12,724 bases of DNA, taken from assembly GCA_038045165.1 (NCBI GenBank), contig JBBSYR010000093.1, positions 1-12,724 on the forward strand, given 5' to 3'. Below, piece by piece: positions 6,571 through 12,724 of this stretch. Numbering within the stretch: position 1 is the stretch's first letter; every line of letters starts with the position of its first letter. Below the pieces are notes generated by a model. It was not told the origin of the DNA and did not search any database. It saw nothing but the letters and a program-made list of their open reading frames with translations. This DNA is from Nanobdellota archaeon (GTDB taxonomy: Archaea > Nanobdellota > Nanobdellia > Pacearchaeales > GW2011-AR1). The translations under genes and the position numbers were made by a program.

Positions 6571-6646
6571 TAGCGGGGGTGGGATTTGAACCGCACGACC
6601 TCCAGGTTATGGGCCTGGCGAGCACTCCAGGCTGCTCTACCCCGCT
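6571..6646 (-). tRNA. tRNA-Met (anticodon CAT), archaeal initiator-like (A1:U72), no encoded CCA
   Basis: Minus-strand read: AGCGGGG TA GAGC AGCCTGGAGT GCTC G CCAGG CCCATAA CCTGG AGGTC GTGCGG TTCAAAT CCCAC CCCCGCT A. This gives a 7-bp acceptor stem starting with A:U, a 4-bp D stem, a 5-bp anticodon stem and a TTCAAAT T-loop. Confidence 0.85.
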
Positions 6647-6690
6647 AAGCCTTAGGGCTTAACCCTGCTTTAATTGAAAGAGGCGGAAGA

Positions 6691-6698
6691 CTTTTAAA
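6691..6698 (-). promoter_or_regulatory. Candidate TATA box (TTTAAAAG on the minus strand) for the tRNA gene
   Basis: AT-rich box about 45 nt upstream of tRNA position 1. This would imply a leader of about 20 nt. Weak positional evidence only. Confidence 0.3.
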
Positions 6699-6913
6699 CC
6701 TAACGGATACCTGCTTATAAGTCTGCGTTTTCATCGAATATGATTCTCACTTTTTAGTAAGCGAACAAGAAATGCTTCTATTCTCAAGCTCTTTCTTAAT
6801 AAATCTGCAAGTAAGTTAGTATTTACGGCGAGCCAACGCAAAAACCCTGACTTTGTCGTTAAAAAAAGTATTGAGGCATACAACAAGTATTACTTACTAC
6901 TATAAAGATATAT

Positions 6914-9467
6914 ATGCTCCCTTTAATCGTTAACATCATGAAAGAAAATAAAATGAATAAATCCAAATACAATTGGATTATTTTTGCATTGTTGTCTGCA
7001 GTGATTATTTTAGCTGCAGAGTTTGCTTATGCACAATCTACTATAAATCTCGGAACAGCAGGTAATTTTGCTATATTAGCAAAGTCAGGAATTTCAATTA
7101 CTGGAACAACTTCGATTATTGGTAATATGGGAATTAGTCCTGCTGCTTTTAGTTATATATAGTGAAAAACATAAATAATTGAGCAAAATTGTATGTTTTT
7201 CCCTCGATAGTCAAGACCTTTTTGCTCAATTTATTAGGTCATTGACTATAACTGGATTTTCGTATACAATGGATTCCTCTAATCAATTTGCGACATCACC
7301 TTTAATCAACGGAAATATTTATGCGGCAGACTTTGCTTCTCCAACTCCTTCTGTTATGATTACTGCTATAAACGACATGCAAACAGCATATACTGATGCA
7401 TCTGGACGGACATTGCCAGATTATACTGAACTAGAATCTGGAGATATTGGCGGATTAACTTTAACACCGGGGCTTTACAAATGGAGCACTGGCGTGACAA
7501 TTCCCGCTGATGTAACTCTCTCAGGAAACTCAACTGATATCTGGATATTCCAAATAGCACAAACTCTCGATATCAGCTCCGCTACACAAATTATACTAAT
7601 TGGTGGTGCACAGCCAAAGAACATCTTCTGGCAAGTCGCCGGTCAAACGACACTGGGAACCGCTTCTGTTTTCAATGGAAATATTTTAAGTCAAACGGCA
7701 ATTGTGCTAAATACTGGCGCAACATTAAACGGAAGAGCATTAGCACAAACAGCAGTTATCTTAGATTCAAATAATATCTCATCACCTATAGAACTAATTA
7801 GTGATATACTCCCCCCAGTCATAACTCTTAATGGCGCAAGCTCAATTAATGTGTCTTTAGGCTCAGTTTATATTGATGCAGGAGCAACAGCAGAAGACAA
7901 TCTCGATATTACGGCGGTTATTTTTGAAGTTAGCACTGTAGACACATCAATCATTGGAGAATACACGGTAACCTATACTGCGACAGATACTGCGGGCAAC
8001 ACTGCAATATTGATAAGGACAATTAATGTTATAGTAGAATCCCCTGTTTTGACAACAATCACCTTGTCACCAACTTATGAATTACTTACTGCTGGAGATA
8101 CTTTGCAGTTGAAGGCTACAAGTCTTGATCAGTTTGGCGCTCCTATAAATGCAATTATTTCTTATTCTTCAAGCGTCCCATCTACAGCTACAGTAGATGC
8201 TGTAAGCGGTCTTGTTACTGCTGTTGCTTTTGGGATTAGTACTACCATTACTGCAAGAAGCGGAAATGTAAGTGGAATAATGTTAATCACTATAGACAGC
8301 ATTGCTCCAGTGCTTTCTCCTATAGGCCCAAGAAGTGTGACTCAAGGAAATTTGCTTAATTTCACAATAACAGCTACAAGTCCCGAGGGACTTGATTTAG
8401 CATTTATGATAGCAGTTGAACCCCCTACAACCGCAACCTTAACAGATCATCAAGATGGAACTGCAACATTCAACTGGATGCCTGATTTAAATGACGTTGG
8501 CACAACTAATGTGAGATTCATCGCTCTTGATGGCAGAAGAACTACATACGAAGATGTAGCAATAATTGTAAATGCGTTCCCAGCACCAACAACAATTTCA
8601 ACAAATCTAGGAAATGTAGAGAAAAACGCTGACTACAACATTGCCTTGAACGCTACAGGATTTAATAACACACCAGTCGCATATATTAACTATTCATTAA
8701 ATAATGTTTCTGGGCAAATAAACGGAAGTTTCGGAAACGTATTAATAAACACAAACGGAAACAACGCTCTGATATTTTACGCTGTTGACATCTTAGGAAA
8801 CATAGAAACACCAAACACAATTTATGCACTACTGAACAAAAACACGCCCTCCCCAGAGGGAGGCAATGGAAATACTGGAAGCAGCGGTGGCGGAGGAGGC
8901 GGAGGCATTACCGCAACGACAGTAATAGCTGCTGTTAAGACTTATATTCCTGCAAATGCTGAATTAAGCATAGGATATGCAAACGTGCTAAGTAAGAATG
9001 ATATAGTAAAATTTGTTAGCAGCGATAATGATATACATAGTATTACAATTAGCGACCTTAGCGCAACTGATGTTAAGATAACTCTTGCATCAACGCCTCA
9101 GATAGTTGTTATGAAGTCTGGAGAGACAAAGAAATTTGAATTGACCTGGGATAATAAATATGATTTGGAAATCGCTGTTGGAACATTAAATACTGGAAGT
9201 GTAACTATGGTTGTAAAGACTATATCGGAAGATATCTATCCTGTTGTCGAACAGCTCGAAACAGTCTCATCAACAACCCAAGCTGAAACTACGCCTGCAT
9301 CAGCTTCTGCAGCAAATTCTGAAGTTACTAATGGTAATGGAATAACTGGAGCGGCAATAGGAGCTTTTGTAAAGAAACCTCTTACCTTAGGAATTATCGC
9401 TCTTCTTTTGATTGCAATCGTATATTCCATAGTCGTTCTTAGAAAAATAAATTCTTCAAGGAATTAA
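6914..9467 (+). pseudogene. Large cell-surface protein interrupted by the 96-nt repeat. Order: signal peptide, ice-binding-like DUF3494 beta-helix, Ig-like domains, poly-Gly linker, C-terminal TM anchor
   Basis: ORF 6914-7162 encodes the signal peptide (NWIIFALLSAVIILAAEFAYA) and the domain start LGTAGNFAILAKSGISITGTTSIIGNMGISPAA. ORF 7179-9467 resumes at 7245 with TITGFSY...TPGLYKW...IWIFQI...GGAQPKNIFWQV...LNGRALAQTAV, the rest of DUF3494. Next come a DUF5011-like segment (PVITLNG...YTVTYTATDTAGN), a Big_2-like segment and a He_PIG-like segment. Then GSSGGGGGGG (about 8880-8905) and the TM segment LTLGIIALLLIAIVYSIVVL. The true start is probably ATG 6938 or 6953, downstream of the TATA-like CTATAAAG at about 6900. 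Confidence 0.8.
7158..7253 (+). mobile_element. Copy B of the roughly 96-nt MITE-like structured repeat, inserted within the DUF3494 coding sequence
   Basis: Homology to the reverse complement of 2815-2911 begins at TATAGTG (7158) and ends at TATAACT (7253). TATA is repeated at both junctions (7156-7159 and 7247-7250). Terminal inverted repeat: TATAGTGAA against TATAGTCAA. Internal hairpins: 7177-7188 with 7220-7231 (12 bp) and 7209-7218 with 7237-7247 (10 bp plus a bulge). It carries the stops TAG 7160 and TGA 7163. Confidence 0.8.
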
Positions 9468-9476
9468 AAATCTCTA

Positions 9477-9523
9477 TTTTTTTAAAGTTTCCGCAAGAAA
9501 TCCGTTTGCTTTAGCTAACGGAT
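9477..9523 (+). terminator. Oligo-T tract (T7, 9477-9483) followed by hairpin ATCCGTT-N10-AACGGAT, downstream of the surface-protein gene
   Basis: The T7 run starts 10 nt after stop codon 9465-9467, which is archaeal oligo-T terminator style. The 7-bp perfect stem is 9500-9506 with 9517-9523. Confidence 0.45.
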
Positions 9524-9561
9524 GAATTGTGATAGATATTTATTTTAGAAATATTTTGATT

Positions 9562-9597
9562 CGGGGAGAGTTTGTTGCAACTCCCTGAAAATTTTTT
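9562..9597 (+). terminator. GC-rich hairpin (GGGAG...CTCCC) followed by T6, resembling an intrinsic terminator
   Basis: CGGGGAGAGTTTGTTGCAACTCCCTG (9562-9587), then AAAA and TTTTTT (9592-9597). It lies between the surface-protein gene and the micro-ORF, so what it terminates is unclear. Confidence 0.35.
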
Positions 9598-9648
9598 GTC
9601 GTAGTTGTAACTAGCTTTCTAACTAAATAAACTTATCAGGAGGTAAAA

Positions 9649-9705
9649 ATGTATAACAACTCTGGAAATTCAAACGGGAATAACTTAAGGCAGAAGAACT
9701 TTTAA
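9649..9705 (+). CDS. Candidate 18-codon Asn-rich micro-ORF (MYNNSGNSNGNNLRQKNF) with a perfect AGGAGGT ribosome-binding site
   Basis: AGGAGGT at 9638-9644, 4 nt before ATG 9649. The stop TAA at 9703-9705 is 27 nt before the phosphatidyltransferase ATG. 6 of 18 codons are Asn. Too short to support by composition alone. Confidence 0.25.
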   Translation: MYNNSGNSNGNNLRQKNF

Positions 9706-9732
9706 AGCTCATTATTCTTATGTAATGATAAA

Positions 9733-10335
9733 ATGGATGTTAAAGCAAAAAAAGTATTTTTAAATGAAGCGCTTCTTGCAAATATTCCTAATTTTTTCAG
9801 CATAAGCAGAATTATCTTAACCTTTATTGTAGTTTATATGATATTTACTAGGATGCCTGTTAAACTAATTGTATTTATTTTTATCATTGCTGCGATTACT
9901 GATTTTATTGATGGCAAATTAGCCAGAAAATTCAAGTGGGAAAGTGAATTTGGCAGACGGACAGACATTATTGCTGATAGATTTTTATGGGTGGGAACTG
10001 CTTTGGCTTTTATCATTTCGTATGGAATTGCAAAAGAGCTAAATTGGGTGCATGGCGTGCAATTGTTATTAATGATGTCTCGTGAAGCAATAGGTTTCCC
10101 TTTTGCGATAATTGCATTTTTTTCAGGAAATCCTCTGCCTCAAGCCAGAAATATCGCAAAACTTACAACTCTCCTTCAAGGTTTTGCTTTGCCTGCCGTA
10201 ATATTAAGCGTTTCATATCCTGCTTGGATTTATTTATCGCTTCCAATTTCAATTGTCTGCTGTATAACAGGATTTATCTCTGCATTGCATTACATTCAAG
10301 ACACTAAAATGAACAGCGAGGAAAAGAGAAAATGA
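9733..10335 (+). CDS. CDP-alcohol phosphatidyltransferase family protein (polar-lipid head-group synthase; substrate not assignable)
   Basis: Exact family signature D-G-x2-A-R-x8-G-x3-D-x3-D, seen as DGKLARKFKWESEFGRRTDIIAD. About 6 TM helices. 200 aa. Confidence 0.85.
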   Translation: MDVKAKKVFLNEALLANIPNFFSISRIILTFIVVYMIFTRMPVKLIVFIFIIAAITDFIDGKLARKFKWESEFGRRTDIIADRFLWVGTALAFIISYGIAKELNWVHGVQLLLMMSREAIGFPFAIIAFFSGNPLPQARNIAKLTTLLQGFALPAVILSVSYPAWIYLSLPISIVCCITGFISALHYIQDTKMNSEEKRK

Positions 10336-10568
10336 GCGGTCCAGGAGAAGGAAAAATTAAATTAGGCAAAGCAGAGGTTTATATTCATCTAAAAGGAAAG
10401 TCAGGAGCAAATATAACTCATATTGATATAGAGCTTTCAGAGTTAAATAAAATTATCAAGCCAGGAGAGAGCAGTTATGTTGGAGGAAAAGAAGGCGGAG
10501 TTTTTCTCGGCCTGAAAAAAGAAATGATTAAAAGAGCAGAAGAGATTGCTAAAAAAGATAGTAAATGA
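10332..10568 (+). CDS. Hypothetical small soluble protein, 78 aa, translationally coupled on both sides
   Basis: ATGA overlaps at 10332-10335 and 10565-10568 link it to the flanking genes. Lys/Gly/Glu-rich. No family recognised. Confidence 0.5.
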   Translation: MSGPGEGKIKLGKAEVYIHLKGKSGANITHIDIELSELNKIIKPGESSYVGGKEGGVFLGLKKEMIKRAEEIAKKDSK

Positions 10569-10969
10569 AAAAGAAAATAATTTTATTTTTGTTTATTGCA
10601 TTAATACTAAATGGAATATGGGAATTTTTGCATTATAAACTCTACAACGATTTAAGTTCAATTACTGGAACCCCTCATTTATTAATCGCAAGTCTGACAG
10701 ACGCTCTTTGGCTATTTTTAATATATCTTTCAATTTCCTTTATTAACAGAAATCTTAATTGGATAAATAAGCCAGTTAAAAAAGATTATTTTTTGTTCAT
10801 ATTAGAAGCGCTAATCTTAGCTATCTTAATAGAAATAATAAACCTTGAGTTGGGAAGATGGTCTTACAAAGAAACAATGCCCGCGATTTTCGGAATAGGG
10901 TTAAGCCCGATGCTTCAATTAGCCGTAACTGGAACATTAGCTTTGTGGATTATCAAACAAAAATCCTAA
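10565..10969 (+). CDS. Small integral membrane protein, 134 aa, about 4 TM helices, family not recognised
   Basis: Four hydrophobic segments: ILFLFIALILNGIW, LLIASLTDALWLFLIYLSISF, YFLFILEALILAILIEII and IFGIGLSPMLQLAVTGTLALWII. Last gene of the coupled trio. A T6 run at 11005-11010 follows. Confidence 0.6.
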   Translation: MKKKIILFLFIALILNGIWEFLHYKLYNDLSSITGTPHLLIASLTDALWLFLIYLSISFINRNLNWINKPVKKDYFLFILEALILAILIEIINLELGRWSYKETMPAIFGIGLSPMLQLAVTGTLALWIIKQKS

Positions 10970-11012
10970 CATCTTATGGAAATTTTCACATTATTGGCTG
11001 CCTATTTTTTCC

Positions 11013-11065
11013 AAAAAGCTTATAAATCATAATTCATCAGATTTATTGTAATTAATAGTGAAAAA
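11013..11065 (+). promoter_or_regulatory. Candidate promoter region for the DHH nuclease gene: AAAAAGCTTATAAAT (BRE/TATA-like) and TTAATAGTGAAAAATCACT
   Basis: There are two TATA-like boxes. The second (11052-11070) lies 14-32 nt before ATG 11084, contains the palindrome AGTGA-N4-TCACT, and shares ATAGTGAAAAA with the left end of the 96-nt repeat. Confidence 0.3.
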
Positions 11066-11083
11066 TCACTTTTTTTAGATTAA

Positions 11084-12724
11084 ATGGGAAAAAATTTCAA
11101 AAAGAACAGTAAAGGTTCATTCCAAAATAAAAAGTTCGATAGTTTTAGAGATATCAAGAAATTTAACAGACCGGAACCTAAAATAGCAAATATAGAAGAA
11201 ATTACTCCTGCCCAGAAAGATAAGGTATTTATTCTAACTGGAATAATTGATCAGATTGAACAAACGGGGGGTCCAACAATATTTTATATTTCTGATGGAA
11301 CTGGAACTTTAGCTTTAAAGGTATTTGAAGGAGCAGGAATAAGAGCTTATCCTGAACTAAATGTGGGTGATGCTGTAAATACTACTGCAACAATCCAAGA
11401 ATATAATAATGAACTTGAAGGAGAAGTTGAAAGATTGAAGAAATTAACTGAAGATGAAAGAAATCAGTTAAATGAAAAAGTTGCTCAAATGGAAAGGAAA
11501 AGAGCAGAGGTCAAAGACATTCCATTTTTAGTGAAGGATAAAATTTTAGATAAATTAAAAGAGAGATTCATAAAAGCTGCAACTGAAGTAAGACTCGCAA
11601 TAATTCAGAATAGGTCCATAATAATAAGGCACCATAATGATACTGATGGTTATTGCTCAGGTTATGCATTAGAAAGAGCAGTACTTCCCTTAATTGTGAA
11701 ACAGCACAATTCTGTAAAATCTGCGTGGGAATTTTATACTCGTTCTCCTGTCGCCGCCCCGATGTATGAAATAGATGATTCAATAAGAGATACAGCACAT
11801 TCACTTCTTAGAGCCGCAAAATTTTCAAATAAAATGCCTCTTGTTTTAATAGTTGATACTGGATCTGGAGAAAAAGATCTTTTAGGAATAAAACAAGGAA
11901 AAGTTCATGGGATGGATTTTATAGTTGTGGATCATCATGCATTTGATAAAGATTTAATATCAAAAGAAACAATTGTGCATATAAATCCATTTTTAGTAGG
12001 GGAAGATGGGTCCAAGTATTCTGCAGGAATGCTTTGCACAGAGCTTGCTAGATTTATCAATTCTGATTCTGAATTAAATATAAATCAAATTCCTGCAATG
12101 GCGGGACTTGCAGATAAGACGGACAATGCGCAGGCAATGGAAGAGTATCTTAAAATAGCTCAAAATAATGGATATGATAAAAATCTTTTAGGTGAAATTG
12201 CCAGAGTTATTGACTTTGTTTCATCAAAACTCAGATTTATGGAGGCGCGCGAGTATGTAGAAGTATTATTTGGAGAGCCGATGGAAAAACAAAAGGCTTT
12301 AGTCTCTTTACTTGCCCCCCATATAAAAAATCTTGAAAATAAGGGCCTTGAAATAGCAAAAGATCATGCTAAGAAAGAAAAGATAAATAATATAACTCTT
12401 CAAAGTTTAGAAATCGAAAGTACTTATGCGAGAGGTTTTTATCCTAAAACTGGAATGTGTGTTTCAATGATACATGATTATGCATATACTCAAGAGAAAG
12501 TAAAAAAATTAGTTACAATAGGTTTGCTGGCAGATGCAATAACGATAAGAGCAACTTCAGAATCCAATTTTTCAGTACAAGAATTGCTGGCTAACTTAGA
12601 AAAAAATATCCCTGACGCATATCCTGAAGGTGGAGGGCATAAGTTCGCAGGTTCAATAAGATTTCTTCCAAGCAAACAAAAGAAAGTTCTTGAAGCTGTG
12701 AAGGAATATCTCAAGAATTTATAA
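11084..12724 (+). CDS. Archaeal RecJ/Cdc45-like DHH-family nuclease with an N-terminal OB-fold and a coiled-coil linker
   Basis: DHH motifs: I HHNDTDGYCSG, II LIVDTGSG, III VVDHHAF. DHHA1 motif: GGGHKFAGS. The N-terminal 45-115 (VFILTGIIDQIEQTGGPTIFYISDGTGTLALKVF...VGDAVNTTATIQEYNNELEGEV) has the OB-fold (tRNA_anti-like) pattern. It is followed by a charged heptad-like segment. Complete ORF ending at TAA 12722-12724. Confidence 0.8.
   Translation: MGKNFKKNSKGSFQNKKFDSFRDIKKFNRPEPKIANIEEITPAQKDKVFILTGIIDQIEQTGGPTIFYISDGTGTLALKVFEGAGIRAYPELNVGDAVNTTATIQEYNNELEGEVERLKKLTEDERNQLNEKVAQMERKRAEVKDIPFLVKDKILDKLKERFIKAATEVRLAIIQNRSIIIRHHNDTDGYCSGYALERAVLPLIVKQHNSVKSAWEFYTRSPVAAPMYEIDDSIRDTAHSLLRAAKFSNKMPLVLIVDTGSGEKDLLGIKQGKVHGMDFIVVDHHAFDKDLISKETIVHINPFLVGEDGSKYSAGMLCTELARFINSDSELNINQIPAMAGLADKTDNAQAMEEYLKIAQNNGYDKNLLGEIARVIDFVSSKLRFMEAREYVEVLFGEPMEKQKALVSLLAPHIKNLENKGLEIAKDHAKKEKINNITLQSLEIESTYARGFYPKTGMCVSMIHDYAYTQEKVKKLVTIGLLADAITIRATSESNFSVQELLANLEKNIPDAYPEGGGHKFAGSIRFLPSKQKKVLEAVKEYLKNL

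Noticed and set aside
6422-6625. 67-aa minus-strand ORF
   Set aside because: It runs through the tRNA-Met gene body and the intergenic spacer, so it is an artefact of the GC-rich tRNA sequence.
7151-7253. Archaeal bulge-helix-bulge (BHB) intron as the explanation for the insertion in the surface-protein gene
   Set aside because: The junction sequences can pair (AGTTATA with TATAACT). They do not form the canonical pattern of two 3-nt bulges separated by a 4-bp helix, and I find a single 4-nt bulge on one strand instead. A second copy in an intergenic region also fits a mobile repeat better. RNA-level removal is not strictly excluded, so it stays as a check under the main finding.
7366-9430. 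Minus-strand ORFs 7366-7560 and 9236-9430
   Set aside because: They are antisense within the well-supported surface-protein reading frame.
9834-12714. Minus-strand ORFs 9834-10016, 11568-11804 and 12490-12714
   Set aside because: They are antisense within the phosphatidyltransferase and DHH-nuclease genes, both of which carry diagnostic motifs in the plus frame.
1-12724. CRISPR arrays, rRNA genes and transposase, integrase or Cas-like ORFs
   Set aside because: The only repeats are the two families described, and neither has the regular short-spacer periodicity of a CRISPR array. No ORF shows transposase, recombinase or Cas signatures.

Overview
AT-rich segment that looks archaeal, probably from a small-genome or DPANN-like lineage. 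This is an inference from an A1:U72 initiator-type tRNA-Met, TATA-box promoters sitting about 20-25 nt before start codons, a TrmB-type regulator and an OB-fold/DHH RecJ-Cdc45-like nuclease. I support about 14 protein-coding genes: an EamA/DMT transporter, a disrupted COG4339-like HD-domain gene, a RelE/ParE-like toxin coupled to an unknown upstream partner, a bacterial-type outer-membrane beta-barrel protein with raised GC, a TrmB regulator, an orphan 323-aa protein, and a large ice-binding-like (DUF3494) surface protein. The rest are a CDP-alcohol phosphatidyltransferase operon with two small coupled ORFs, the OB-DHH nuclease and several hypothetical proteins. There is one tRNA (Met, CAT). 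I saw no rRNA, CRISPR array, transposase or integrase. The strongest observations come from non-coding structure. (1) A roughly 96-nt structured repeat occurs twice in opposite orientations (2815-2911 and 7158-7253). The second copy splits the surface-protein gene inside its conserved domain, and removing 91 nt rejoins the frame. The two copies show compensatory changes in interleaved hairpins. (2) A regular array of GATAACTGC/GCAGTTATC palindromes with identical 23-nt half-site spacing sits at 733-822, and an identical 16-mer at the window edge brackets a small orphan gene. (3) A bacterial-style OMP gene with an AGGAG ribosome-binding site is embedded among archaeal-type genes. All family assignments come from recognising motifs by eye, not from database searches.
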